From the NCBI RefSeq assembly GCF_006345805.1, contig NC_042997.1, forward strand, positions 53,816,001 through 53,880,000: DNA of 64,000 nucleotides, read 5' to 3'. The position numbers and the translations under genes are program-made. Under the pieces are notes generated by a model. That model had not been told where the DNA came from. It did not search any database and saw only the letters and a program-made list of their open reading frames with translations. This document shows, in pieces, positions 24,897 through 39,338 of the stretch. Every line of letters starts with the position of its first letter. Position 1 is the stretch's first letter. The stretch is from Octopus sinensis (taxonomy: Eukaryota).

Positions 24897-25450
24897 TGTG
24901 TATGTATATGGATGAGTGAATGTCTATTTCGCCGATATGCATCGGCGAAATATATAAACATCAGTTAGTGAAACAGAAATACTGGTACTTTACGAATGTT
25001 ATCCCTTGAGCTGTATGTTCTGTATCGAGCTACATACCCCCTTAGATATTCCACAACCGATTTGGTGTTTTAATGTGTAATGGATTACGGCAATGGCTCT
25101 TGAAACGGCCGTAGATATGGATTTATTCTTGCATTATTCTGGATTCCTTTTCCTTTTGGACATGACGATGGATGTTTTTTCTCGGATTCACTTTACATTT
25201 AATAGTCTGACTATATTGTTTTTAATCGCCTCGCTATACACATCGTCATACGCCGCTTTTTTAAGGTTTTCACACGTTTCTTTATATGTGTATATATATG
25301 TTTATTTTTATACCTTCGTGATTTGTGTGCTAAACACTCCGGTATTTTAATATGTATTTATATTCTATGGCGTGAATATATAGGTATGATTTGAAGTTGT
25401 ATGACCAAATGACCAAATGACCAATTACGTTGTTTATCTTTTAACCACTA

Positions 25451-25531
<81 letters not shown>

Positions 25532-25901
25532 AACATACGTACATTCTGTTCCCTAATAATAAATTTATATTCATACCAAAATAACTGGTGCACTTGATTT
25601 TGTGAGTAAATGTCTAAGTGACAGTCTACCAAAGCTAATGATATTTGAAAAGAAAACAACTAGCTAACATGCACGTTACAAATACAATCTGTAAGCTGAA
25701 CACTAAAACTAAAGACATTTCTCAAGTTAAAAGGATGATATTGTTTCTGCTATCTACCTTCCAACGAAGGAGTTTTGTATCTTTGTTGCTAACCAGCTTC
25801 TTCCTTAGAGAAAGACTTCAAATAATTAATAACAGAAGTGTACGTACATATATACATAAATACATGTATGCATGCATGCATGCATGCATACATACATATA
25901 C

Positions 25902-25960
<59 letters not shown>

Positions 25961-26589
25961 CATATATATATGATAGGGTAGTATGTGTGCGTGTTTCTTC
26001 CTGTCAGTGTGTCCTTGAGAAAGATTTTTCTACCAACATGGGTTATTTATATAGTAAAACCCGATATTATCTATCCACTATCTTACCCTCACTTTGTCTC
26101 TTTCCCTACCCCTTCTCTCTCTCTCAGATTTTGAAACGAGGTTTACTTATTCAGGAATATGGACCTAAAGTAACACTTATTTATCCTGTTTGATACTGAT
26201 TTTAACCTTAACCTTTATTTGATTTTGTGTTTTAACCTTAACTCTGGTGCTTCTCTATGATACAGAACTTGATTACAACATTTCTGCCAAGCATAAACAT
26301 TGATATACTGCCAAGCCCTTCATTTCAAAATTGCTAATAGAAAACTTATTTTGCCTATTTCTATTTATTTTAAACCAAAATAGTCCGTAATAGTATCGCT
26401 CTTTTGAAACTTTCCAAGAGGCCTATCACCGATGATGAAATATCTAAGGGAGTATGTAGCTCGATGCAGAACAAACAGCTCAAGGGACAACATTCATAAA
26501 GTACCAGTGTTTCTGTTTCACTAACTGATGTTTGTGTATTTCGCCGATGCGTATCGGCGAAATAGACATTCATTCACCCATACACACAC
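24897..26589. mobile_element. Pair of ~150-bp inverted repeats 1.4 kb apart (possible MITE ends)
   Basis: 24897-25050 matches the reverse complement of 26439-26589 (roughly 90% by eye); each copy contains the palindrome tatttcgccgat..atcggcgaaata. Confidence 0.6.
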
Positions 26590-28794
26590 ACAGCATTGCC
26601 GAATGGTTAAAAAATTTTCCTCCGCCACCACAAGCTATCGGTTTCGATCCCACTACGAAGCATCCTGGGCAAATGTCATTTCCCATACCCACGGGTCAAC
26701 CTATACCTTGTGATTCGAATTGGATGGACGGAAACTGTATTGAAGCCTGTCGAATAGATTGGACCAATAATTCAAAAGTGCTGCTTCGTCACATAATGTG
26801 TCACATGCTGTGTTACCCTGTGTTATACTGATTTTACCTGTGAACTAAGATAGGAGCGCATATGCCCGTGGAAAACTTGCCAATTGAAAGAGCAAGCAAA
26901 TCAGTTGATCGAACATCTGAATCCTTATTATCAATCGACGGAGGCCCATCCAAATGTGTGTGTGTGATGTGTTTCTGTACAATTTTCGCCTACCAAATTT
27001 CCAAAATATTGGCCAACCCAGGCTATGATAGAAGACACTTGCTCAAGCTGCCACGCAGTGCTATCGAACCTATAACCACGTTGTTGTGAAGTGAATTTTT
27101 TAATCACACAGCCAAAAGAATTTCTTAATTGCACAGTCAACAGAATTTCTAAAAGATTGTCTTCTACATTAACTGTTAACATCTATCTATACCTATTCGT
27201 GTTCCATTATTTGTGAATTGTGTACAAATATAGATAATGGAATATACTTTATTTGAGGTTATTAAGTTATTGCTGTTACTCTGATATGGCACGTAGTTAG
27301 TTCACTAGTTCATATAGAGATTAGTTGTTTCAGATATACCACGTTATGTCTTTTCTGAGGACTATGCTTCACAACTCAGTATGCAGTGAGGAATCGTATA
27401 GGGTGAGGTATGATAGTCCGGTCAAGTATTATCTCCACCATCTAGCCTAAGAAGAAACTTCTATGCGGCCATACGACCTGTTATAATTGGCAGCTTAATC
27501 TCGTTTTACATTACCGTTTATAAAAAAAAATGGATGAATATTCGGCGTCAGGTAGTTCTGTATACAATGCACAAGAAAGGAAGATGAAATGGTCGTGGTA
27601 TGAATGCTGGTCGCCCGGTGTAAGTTTGAATCGCAGTCCGTTTGAGGTATTTAGCCTAAACGGACAAAATATTAAGTACTACTAAATGTTTGAATCTCTG
27701 GTACATAAATACGACTGAATGCAAAAATTAAAATATTTACCGAAGTATTTTCTAACTACAACACAACTACAAATCTAAAACGAAAAAAGGTTTGTTTCAC
27801 GTTTTTTTTTTCTTTTTTCCCCTAGTAAAAATACATTCCTCAAATCTTAAGCTTCAAATCTCAGGACGACTTAATATATACAATCTTATCAATAGACGTA
27901 TATTCCGTATATCTCTGTAAATGCATGAATGTAAACAATAAAACTGTTTCAAATCTAAACATATTCACGTGTGTCTGGCCTAGTTTATGGTAACAACTAT
28001 AAACACATGCCGACATACAAACAAACAAGTTCATATCTGTGTATACATGAAGACTCTCAGCGTAATCACTGTCCCATATACAGTATGTGTATAAATTTCA
28101 TGTGTATTCAAAGAAATGAAATTCTTCACTTATACACTGGTTTGAGAAATTAGCTGTTCACTCTGCTGTAAACAAACTTAGTCTCTTCCAAATTCTTCAC
28201 TTGTTCACCGTATAACTTAAACTCTCAGGAATTATAATAGCAAGTGAATGTTTTGGTTTGACAATTTGTACTGCTTCTGGTGCGGTTGTTTTTGTTATTG
28301 TTGTTCGTGTAATTATTGTTTTAAATTGGGGTATAGCTGCCAGTGGTTTATATTTTACTACGACATAAGTATATGAGTGAACGCATGCATCCAAGGATAT
28401 CATAAGCGCCAAAGTAAATATTTAGAAATTAGAATATCAACACATACAGACGTACCTGTAAATTTATATTCTTAAAATTGTTGGCATAATCTGCCAAGCA
28501 TTGTCATGGTACATTTCCAACTAAACATAAGTAGCGTCACCAACATAATTCGAGAAATCTCTGCACTTTGTTACACATTCAGCTTCTGAGAAATTCTAAA
28601 CCTAATAATTTTCAACGGTTTCATGATGGCTGTCAAAATGTTGTTTGAAATAAAATGGGAAAAACTCATTTAGTATTCTTTCGGTTAAGATCGCAACGCG
28701 AAAAAAAGGGTTTCCATAAATCATCGCGCATAAGCAATCGGACATTCTCGCATCTGTTATACATCGAAAAGAAAATGGCTGAACGCACATATAC

Positions 28795-28841
<47 letters not shown>

Positions 28842-29547
28842 CGTGTGTGTGTGTGCGTGTGCGTGCGTGTGTGTGTGTGCGTGTGCGTGCGTGTTTGTGT
28901 GTGTGTGTGTGTGTCTGTGTGTGTGTGTGTGTTTGGGGAGGTACGATTGGTGTATGAGCTAGTTTGCCTTGTGGTTTACACTTCAGCTCTCTGCTCTCCG
29001 AGTTCAAATCACGCTCAGGTCAACTTTGTCTTTCATCTTTTAGGTATAGATAAATGAAGTACCACAATTGCATTAGTATCTTTGTATTTATATATCTGGA
29101 ATTTTTATTTGTTTTATAATTGTAGAAGAATATATGTATGTATTTGATTTTCGAATGTGGTTGTTAATTATGTTACTCTATTTTCCGCTTGTATTGCCTC
29201 CATTGAAATTATTAAGTGGAATATAGCTCTCTTGGAGCACTGCATCTCCAGTCTGTATTTTATTTGCGAGTATTGTTAACACTAGCAAACTCAAAATAAA
29301 GCAGTGTATTTTATATATATATATACATACAATTGCAGCGTGGAAGGTGTTTATAAGCCATTTAAGAAACACGCAAAACCGTTAGATTCGCTTCAACATT
29401 TAAATTTAATTTGGCAAAATATTTTCGTCGCTTTGAGACCACAACCTGTTCACTGACAAAACTTCGTGCTGCATCATATATATATATATATTATCTGTTA
29501 TTTATTATTTAATTGAACGCGATGCATCCATTTCTAAGTTAGTTGTT

Positions 29548-29590
<43 letters not shown>

Positions 29591-29595
29591 TTATA

Positions 29596-30287
29596 GGAGG
29601 GGAAGTTAAAAATTATCCGCACTTTCACCATAATATACCTTTATTATTGTCGCACTGCCTTCTGTGCATGCGTGCTTATAGTTGGTACTATTGTGCTCTC
29701 GTGATCGAAGTTCGAGCCTGATTGCGCTATTTTCCTTTCTGGCTTTACAGTGTAAGCATGGCCGCTCCACTATGGATGTGCACCAAAGAAGAACAAAGAG
29801 CAGTGATCCGAGAGATGGTAATGGTGAACCGGTTCACCATTACCATCTCTCGAGCTTGCTGAATCTTCTCGTCAGTGGTGGAGGTTGATGGGCATCCTGC
29901 TCCCTCTTCATGCATCACGCTTGTCCGGCCACTTTTAAACTTCTCGATCCACTTATACTCACTTCTACGCGGTAGTGCACTGTCCCCGTATTGAGCAAAA
30001 AAGCTTCTGATGAATTCTAGTACCTTCCAACAAGACAAATAGGATCCTTCCAAACCTTCCAACAAGACAAATAGGATCATTGCTCTTTGTTCTTCTTTGG
30101 TGCACATTGCTAGTGGAGCGGCCATGCTTACACTGTAAAGCCAGAAAAAAAATATGGCGCGATCAGTCTAAAAGTTCGAGCACGTGATCAAAATAGTATC
30201 AACTTACAAGAATGCATGCGCAGAAGGCTGTGTCACAATAATAAAGATATGTTATGGCGAAAGTGCGGTTATTTTTTTACTTCCCCT

Positions 30288-30290
<3 letters not shown>
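29596..30290. mobile_element. Second mariner derivative with two inward-facing 5' ends (different family)
   Basis: TA-flanked gaggggaagt TIRs; ~220-bp inverted repeats each ending in MAAPL..CTKEEQRAVI; minus strand carries EYKWIEKFKSGRTSVMHEEGAGCPSTS. Confidence 0.85.
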
Positions 30291-30352
<62 letters not shown>

Positions 30353-31773
30353 AGAGTTTACGAAAAGAAACAAAAGACGAAGACAGGTGGTGTACAAAAC
30401 AAACAGATGTATTAGTATAATATATGACGGGATTCTTTCAGTTTCCGTCTACGAAATCATCTCACAACAATTTGGTTGACCGAAAACTACAGTAGAAGAC
30501 ACCTGCCCAGGGTGCCACGCAGTAGAACTGAACCAGGAACCACGTTGTTGCATGTTTTAATGTTCCCGAATAGGAGATATCCGTGTATTTCAGTAATTTT
30601 TATGAGGTGTTGTGGAAATTTAAATTCACTTTATGGTCATAAACCGAAAGACTGCCTATTCAACCGATGGTAATTCCTCTTCGATAGAATAATGGAAAGG
30701 GTGTGGTGTGTTATATATAAAGATTTTAAACATGTCTAAAAACATCTCACTTTAAACATCTCCAGAGGGATTTTTTGTCTACAAACTACTTGTATAATCT
30801 TAGCTGGAAGAAATTTTTCAACACACACACAGATGGAAGGTTCTACTGCTTTTCTGTGTGAGTGTGTGTGCGTGTGTGTGTAACTATGCATATGTGAGTA
30901 TGTACGTGCAATTGTGCTGCGTGTGTGATAACGAACACTACACTCCTCAATAATTTCAAAAACCGGTGCTGTAAATCTGTCCCCCTATGCCAATGATTAC
31001 TAAAATCCCCGATACAGCATATTCTTTTTTAAGCCGTTTGTTTTATTAATTTTGTTTTAGTCTTTTATTTGGTCTCTCAACTCATTCACTGTAAACTATT
31101 TACAAAATGAACTGATTTGTTTAGAAAGTGGCGTTTGGGTGACGAACTGTGATTTAGATATGACACACGATTAGATGTCGTGCGTATTGAGTAAATAATC
31201 TTATGGCTTCTACGTTGGCTAAAAACGAACCAACCAGCTAAAATTAGCATTTCATTTACTCTTGTGACACAGCTTTTCTAAACAAAAGAGTTCGTTATCG
31301 CAATCGAAACTATCGTCTAGTGTGGCAAATAAATATCCCTGACATAACTGTTATGTAGACGTATGCATGCGTGTATGTATATGTGTGAAAGAAAGGTAGA
31401 TGGATCTAGAAAGAGAGAAGGCTGGAAGAAAAAGAGAGAGAGAGAGTGGGGCTACGAAATATTTTTCAATAAACCGACGTGTAACAGATTACTGTATGCG
31501 TCTAATAATCCTTTTAAAAATAACCATTCAAAATTTCATTTCAATTGTATGATACAATGGACAATTGCAATTACTCCTTTCTTTTCAGTATCAAAATCCA
31601 TACATCAACGTACTCGGGCTACAGCTAGGATGTATTTCAAAAGGAGTATATCGGTTTCATTCATTTCATTACACTCACTGCAGGGCGGTGCATCATCATG
31701 GCCACAACTCTGAGCTGAAACGTAATAAACATTAATAAAAAATCAATTACTTTTAAAAATATCTCCGCATAAT

Positions 31774-31956
31774 AGGCACAGGAGTGGCTGTGTGGTAAGT
31801 AGCTTGTTTACCAACCACATGGTTCCGCTTTCAGTCCCACTGCGTAGCACCTTGGGCACTTCTACTATAGCCTCAGGCCTACCAAAGCCTTGTGACTGGA
31901 TTTGGTAGACGGAAACTGAAAGAAGCCCGTCGTGTATATGTATATATATATATATA

Positions 31957-31990
<34 letters not shown>

Positions 31991-31994
31991 TGTG

Positions 31995-32025
<31 letters not shown>

Positions 32026-32258
32026 TGTGTGTGTGTATGCTTGTGTGTCTGTGTTTGTCCCTCCAACATCGCTTGACAACCGATGCTGGTGTGTTTACGT
32101 CCCCGTAACTTAGCGGTTCGGCAAAAGAGACCGATAGAATAAGTATGAGGCTTACTAAGAATAAATCCTGGGATCGATTTGCTCGACTAAAGGCGGTGCT
32201 CCAGCATGGCCACAGTCAAATGATTGAAACAAGTTAAAGAGCAAAGAGTAAAGAGAGA
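31774..32258 (+). mobile_element. tRNA-derived SINE family B, full length, with an internal microsatellite
   Basis: ggcacaggagtggctgtgtggtaag head, ttcagtcccactgcg, central (TA)(GA)(TG)n, conserved tail ending gaaacaagttaaagag. Confidence 0.9.
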
Positions 32259-32604
32259 TAATCTTTGTCTTTGTATAAGTTAGTCCAAGAGAGGCGAACA
32301 ACACCCATTATTTCAGTAAGACCTCCTAGATAATAAGTCAATGCGGTTGATTTTAAGTTCAACTTCTTCGGCTTCATATCAACAGAGAAAACATGTTTGC
32401 ATTGTAGGGTTTAAGACGCAGTACAAATGGCTAGGTGATATATGAGGGGGGGGGTATTAGGTGATGAGAGGCGTAGCTATATTCGTAGCAGTTATAGTAG
32501 AGCTAAAATAAAATACACCTCGTCAGTGGACTAGTAATTTTAGCATATTAAGCAATTAGAGGTTGTCCACTTAGCAAAACGGCTCTTTTTTAATGCATTT
32601 TGGA

Positions 32605-32812
32605 ATTCTTTTACTTGTTTCAGTCATTTAACTGAGGTCATGCTGGAGCACCGCCTTTAGTCGAGCAAATCGACCCCAGGACTTATTCTTTGTAAGCCTA
32701 GTACTTATTCTATCAGTCTCTTTTTGCCGAACCACTAAGTTACGGAGACGTAAGCACACCATCATCGGTTGTCAAGCGATGTTGGGGGGGACAAACATAC
32801 AGACACCAACAT

Positions 32813-32868
<56 letters not shown>

Positions 32869-33029
32869 GACAGGCTTCTTTCAGTTTCCGTCCACCAAAT
32901 CCACTCACAAGGCTTTAGTCGGCCCGAGGCTATAGTAGAAGACACTCACCCAAAGTGTTACGCAGTGGGACTGAACCCGGAACCATGTGGTTGGTAAGCA
33001 AGCTACTTATCACACAGCCAATCCTGTGT
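32605..33029 (-). mobile_element. tRNA-derived SINE family B, full length
   Basis: Reverse-complement homolog of 31774-32258 with internal (CA)(TA)n. Confidence 0.9.
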
Positions 33030-35367
33030 AATAACTAGTGTCCATGACACGCAACCAGTACTCTAATTTGAGGTATTTACTGTGAGAAGTGTTATATTTG
33101 ACTATGTGGCCACACAGAGAACTTGTTAGAATTCAGTCCTACTGTGCTGCACATTTAGTGACTTCTCGATTCAACACAATCCTTATGTGTGAAATTTGGT
33201 ATACAGGAACAGTTCAGAACGGTAGAACGGCACTTGCTTTAGGGTGGCAGAATTCATCCATCTCCTAGTTTAACACCATCACATGACCCTTTAATACTGT
33301 CTTCAGAGCTCTCTTTGTTCCAAATATTTGAACATGTTCCTTCTCTTGTGATAGTTCCATGCATTGATAAGCTACTCCAATATAAATAGCTTCTTCCTTC
33401 TTTTCTCTTCACCACTCTTGGAATTCCTGCAAAAGTATGAGTGATGTCCATCCTCTTCTGATTAATCTATTGAAAAAAATAATTTCCGAGTATCATCGTG
33501 TAACAGTCATTGAAACAGGTGTAGAGATGGTTAGAGTTTCAAAGTATTGCGGTTTCATCTCCCTCTTCCTCATTCAAATGCATTTTATTTTCGCAGTAAA
33601 TAATGAATTTTATTGTTTACATGAAAGACAAGTTTCTTGCCATTTCCCATCATTTTGTTTTTCAAACTGACCAGCCAGATAATAATACTTCATATGTAAT
33701 CGATATTAATGATCATTTTTAACTATCATCCCGTCTTACATTTTATTACATTCATTTGCCATTTCCATTGAAACATATTTCCTCCAGAGATAATATTTAA
33801 TGATATAATGAAAATACATAACATAGACAATATGATGTTTTTTTCTGTACCTCAATCCAATTTTATTACCTCTAAAATGTTCTAAATCCGGTGTCGTATG
33901 TTTGTCTCTGATACTTTGAATAACCTCGCAAATATTAATAAAGAAAAGAAACTCACCAGACATCATAAAATATCAAATTATCTCGTTTCTGTCTGACAAC
34001 TGAAAAAAAGTAATTAAAAGTATATATAATTATCAGATAATTCTTAGTTTATTGAAAATGTGAAACCTTCTCAGTGACGAAGCATATGGAGTGGATTTAC
34101 TGGGCTGGAATATATCAAGAAATGCTAACTTAGTCTAATATCATTTAGATAAATTTTAACATTTTTCGCATAGAGACAAAGCACTGTTGAAATAGGCCAA
34201 AAAATTACACACCTAAATTCAGAAATGTTATTATAAAACGTCATTTAAAAATGAAATAAGTTGCTACTTTCAAATTGTATTAGTACGTAGATGTCAGTAC
34301 ACATCAACGGTCTGTGGTAGTATGAAATTCATGTAGACATTTCAGTACGTACATTAATTAAACTTAAGGCTATGTCTCCTGAATTCTAAATAGGGATTCG
34401 GTCTCATTTGTGTTAATTAATGGAGAGCAAGTACGTACCAAAGTTTGACTATGAAAGGAAATGCTAGAAAAATAAAACTATCATTTATACATTTTTATAT
34501 TGTTTATTACTGTTGGAAGTTGATATAGTTTATGGTGTTACAGAGGAAATCCTGTTTCAAAGAGACATCTTCATCTTCGTGGTGGTGAAAGACTTTCATT
34601 AGTTACACAGCGACATCATTAAAAATACGTAGATGACTACGGCTGCAAATTTGAAGCGTGGGAGGTTTGATAACGTCTCCTCGCGAATAAATTTTCATTG
34701 ATTAAAAGAAATGCTATACATATACCATGTGACTCATCCTATCTGAGAGCCAGTAAGTAAACATCAACGATATTTAAATTTAAACTGTTAGTTTCTTACA
34801 TAGATGCAATATCAACATTTTAGTAGCCGTTGTGGAATTGCTAAATACGTATTTCTGTTTAATGCGCGTCATCAATATTAAACATCCACCAGCGACTTCA
34901 TACTAAGATAATTTCACCACCGCAGCTGGGCACTTTTCGTTTGCTACTGATATACCTCTGTGTTATTTTAACACTATACATCTACATGAGAGGCTTTCTG
35001 GAGACAGCACTTCTAAATTAAGTTATGATATACAGAATGCTATTTTAAACTAATGTTGCTTCTGTCGCTGATAACTAATATGAATCTTTATTGATAATTA
35101 ATATGAGTCTTTATTGCAAATCCAGGGCTTCTAGAAATATCATAAGTTTTAAACAAACAATTGTCATTTCAATTTGTTTAGTTTCACTTTGTGTTTGAAA
35201 CTATACAGTTGTTTTTGACTCTTCTATGACAGCAGCTCAAATAATTGCAAAAGCATTTTTAAAAGCGATGAGATCTTTCAAATCCCTTTCTCTCTTCTCT
35301 CCCTACACATACAGACACATGCACTCACACACATACAGAGAGAGTAGGGAAGAAAGAAACAAAGAAG

Positions 35368-35371
<4 letters not shown>

Positions 35372-35457
<86 letters not shown>
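35372..35457. repeat. (GATA)n microsatellite
   Basis: About 21 perfect gata units. Confidence 0.95.
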
Positions 35458-36067
35458 CATACAGACAGACAGAAAGGAAAATGACAGAAAGACGCTTACA
35501 GTTGGAGTAGTTCAGATAGTAATCGCTTCTTCAACAGAAGGACATTAAAACGGAAGAGAGTGGTTATGTTCATGAGACATGGTACCTTTGGAGCGGGAAT
35601 ACTAAAATCATTGTAATTTCCTGTGGTCTGCTTGATGTAAAATATATTCGGAAAGTAAACTGAATGTTTATAGCATATAAACATAATTAAAATATATATT
35701 TAGTCACGTTGCAAAGTATATATCAGGATTATATATCATATTTTTCGAGCAACCCATGTGATGACAACCTCGCTATGGGTTTCACAAGTTTGTTGATTCC
35801 TTTCTCAGACAAAAGCGTAACCGTCACGTGACTTGCTTAAAGTAGTGTAAAGTTACTTATTGATACTGAAAAAAAAACTCTGTTTGTATGTAAAAGAGAT
35901 GTAAAAGAGTGGCTATGCTGTGTTAGTTACACAAGCACCCAAAACGTTGGATTCTAAATTTAAAAAGCACTATTGAAGATTAATTCTTGCTAACATTAAT
36001 AAAAAACACACGTACTTCCTTCTGTTACATAAACTATGAGTCACGTCTCTAATTTGCTTATGTGTAT

Positions 36068-36102
<35 letters not shown>

Positions 36103-37115
36103 TCAATGAGTGTTTGCGTGTATAAGTGAGTATATGTGTAGACATGCGCATACACATTATGGCAATTTTTATAAAGGTGCTTGTGTTTATAAGTAAAGAT
36201 AACATTAACATTTGTGCTTATATGAAGCTTATGAAATCATTAACTTATCCAAATATAACTATATTACAGTTATTTTCCTCATTAATTTTATATGTAAACA
36301 GCTACACGATGAATGTGTAGTATCAAACGTGTAAGAATGTTACATACATGGTAAACAGTTTCAAAGGAATAAAAAATTTGTAAAGACTATAATCAAGCTT
36401 AACATCAAGTGAGATGAAGTAGCATAATAAACAAACTGAATGCTGGAATATCATAATCACAGACGAAAATCTTTTGTTAAAATGAGCAAAATAAAGAATT
36501 GCTTTTTCAAACTAAAGAATGATACAAGGATCTGGGCTGTCTGATTTTATCAACTTATAAAATTGCAGACACTAGCAACATTCTTTTGCAGGTTCTCATG
36601 TAAATAAAATTAAAACTATTGTTGCTTTCATGATGAAACTGCAAATAGACTTAATTGTTTATATATTCAGTCATGTTAAGAAATAGTCAAACGTTAGAGC
36701 TAGGTCCGATGACTCATGGACTGTACGGGATTCCTCACGAACGCATTCAATAGTCGTTATTACGAATGTTTGCACTCGTTGAAATCAAGATAATTGAGAG
36801 AATCCGAAGGCGCAGGTTGAAACTGTTGATGTTGAAACTGTCGGTGATATTACTTAAGTGAAAATCAGAGATATCCCTGCCATTATCTGAAAAAATAAAC
36901 CCATTTTGGCCAGTTTTCATGCGCACAAGAATCATAGGCCTACCGATTCAAATCCACTGCCAGCAGATTCAACACTCGTCGCAAAGTAGCTGCTCTCTTC
37001 GTGATCACATGCTATTGATCAATGAGAAACGATCAAGCTAGTGCATAACAAATGTATTGCTTCGTTTGTTCACCAAATATTGCCTAACTGAAGTACGTGT
37101 AGTACATTTTCATTA

Positions 37116-37684
37116 CTGCTGTTGTTTGTCAACAACAACTTCTGGCGGTATATATTTCGTTTGTCACTGTTATTTATGACATATTTCATCTCAGTTACGT
37201 TCGTATGAATAAACGAGTGTATCTGAAGCACGTTTACTCCATGACACCACCATAATCGTTCGTGCATTTCTACTGCTTTTAGGTTTTTTTCCTGTTTTCC
37301 TGAAATTTTTTGTCCCCTTACCCCTCCCCCTCCAATTTCTTCATTTTTCACTTTTTCCTAACTCTAACCCTAAAACCCCAACCCTAACCCTAAAACCCCA
37401 TCCCTACCCTAACCGTAACCCTAAAACCCTAAAACCCTAACCCTAAAACCCTAACCCTAACCCTAAAACCCTAACCCTAACCCTAAAACCTAACCCTAAC
37501 CCTAAAACCCTAACCATAACCCTAACCCTAAAACCCTAACCCTAACCCTAAAACCCTAACCCCAACCCTAAAACCCTAACCCTATGAAGAAAAGCTAAAA
37601 CAAGTACGAACGCACGAACGATGTCATAAATAACAGTGACAAACGAAATATACACCGCCGATAGTTGTTGACAAACAACAGCAG
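37116..37684. mobile_element. TA-flanked MITE with ~70-bp TIRs carrying a (CCCTAA)/(CCCTAAAA) telomere-like array
   Basis: TIR ctgctgttgtttgtcaacaac...gtttgtcactgttatttatgacat at 37116-37190 and its reverse complement at 37621-37684; TA at 37114-37115 and 37685-37686; array ~37360-37584. Confidence 0.85.
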
Positions 37685-38251
37685 TAATTTTATTCAGCTG
37701 AATACACGAGATAACTTCGAAAATAGAAACTTTTCTCAACAAAAGATGTTCTATATGATACATTCTACCAGTTTACGAAGTTTCAAAGTGTTTAGTTAAA
37801 GAAAATTAATTAATCGAGCTGCCCATCAAAAGGAAAAGATCCAGTTAAATTAAAATTTATTAATAGAAATTAAATAGTTAAATATATAAATAGTTAAATA
37901 TAAAGATCTTAAAACCGGAAATAGGTATTCATATATAGGTGAATGGCTAAATAAAATCTAGGAATAATTTAATTTAGGGACATACCAATGCGAAAACAGG
38001 TAGAACTAAATGATAGGTATTACAGTGAGCTAAGGAATAGCTGCAGGTTCGGTTCATCTAGTACAATTAATTCAGTTTAGATGAGAAAAGCTATATATAT
38101 ATAAGCACGAATGTAAAAAAAAAGTAGAAGCTCAATAAAATATTAAAGGTGAAGACGGAGGTTATAAACCGTTCAGAAACGAACAATCAAAACCGAACTG
38201 GATTTTAAAGATAAAAACAAAATTAAGAAGCATAAAAAATGTGAAGGAAAT

Positions 38252-38770
38252 ATGTCGGAGAAATTTATACCTCAAAATCGTGGCATATTGATGGAGAAAG
38301 TGAAAGTTAAGAAAAAGTATGGATTGATGACAAGAATAGAAAAATACTTTAACGAATCATGCAAAACTGTCAATTTATGGGCAAAATGGAAGGAATACTT
38401 CCAATTAGGAGAGCAGGCTATGGATTCCATAGAATTTCAGGCAAGCAAAGATTCCTTCGAAATGTTTAAGAAACATGCTGGGGTGGGGACTTTGATTAAT
38501 ATTAAACTTAATGGCAAAAAGCTAGTGTAAAGAAACTGAAACAGATTATATTAAAATTTTCGTTCGCATTGTTAAAAAAAGAAAGTTCCGGCCACAAACA
38601 AAATAACTAGGGACAGGCTGACACTGTTAGTCTATCACTTTGAAAGTCCTAGAGCAAAGTGGAAAGGTATGCCGTTAGACATTTGGAAAGCAAACATAAA
38701 AAGCTTACGTTACCACAGATATACTGCAAAATTTGTTTAGTATTCATTTTGTTCCTGCAGTTAAATAATA
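38252..38770 (+). pseudogene. pogo/Tigger transposase fragment
   Basis: EFQASKDSFEMFKKH..NIKLNG (CENP-B-type FxASxGW motif), RDRLTLLV and LFSIHFVPAVK (WF..FVP) motifs, with frameshifts. Confidence 0.75.
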
Positions 38771-38805
38771 TTGTGTCAGGAATAATCTGTCATGACAATG
38801 TTTAA

Positions 38806-39338
38806 CCCTTTGTGGGCCGGCGGGGTTGGAATTACACAAAAGGCCATTGGGATTCCCTTTCATTTTTGCGAATTTCCGCACTACCTATAAAGTAATATTT
38901 GTTTAATCTTGTATATATGCGTGAGTGTATGATACAGAACAAGAAATTTAGCACTTTTTTCTTTTATAGGTTTATAAACTATTCATATAACACTAAATAT
39001 AAAATAAAACAAAAAGAATAAAAGGAAAATGTATATCGATTCATATCAGTACAAACACGAAGAAAATTGACTTATAGTTCATCAGAATATCTGAAAAAAA
39101 GAACAGAAAAAAATAATTTTACAGAAGGCTAATGGTGTCCAGTTGGAACTCAATGGCTATATTTTATGCTATTAACATCCATATGACGAAATTTTAAACT
39201 CAAAATTTGTATGTGCATGCATAAACTATTGACAATAAAAGTCATGAGATATAAAATCATTTAAATAAGAAATGTAAAAGTTACATAACTTTTAAAATTT
39301 GATGGTGTCCCAAGGGACCCCGCCGGCCCATGAATGGG
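38806..39338. mobile_element. piggyBac-type MITE (533 bp)
   Basis: TTAA at 38802-38805 and 39339-39342; CCC..GGG termini; ~22-bp TIR ccc(a)tt..tgggccggcggggt. Confidence 0.85.

Noticed and set aside
37360-37584. True telomere or chromosome-fusion scar
   Set aside because: The array is short, degenerate, in a single orientation and enclosed by TIRs with TA flanks.
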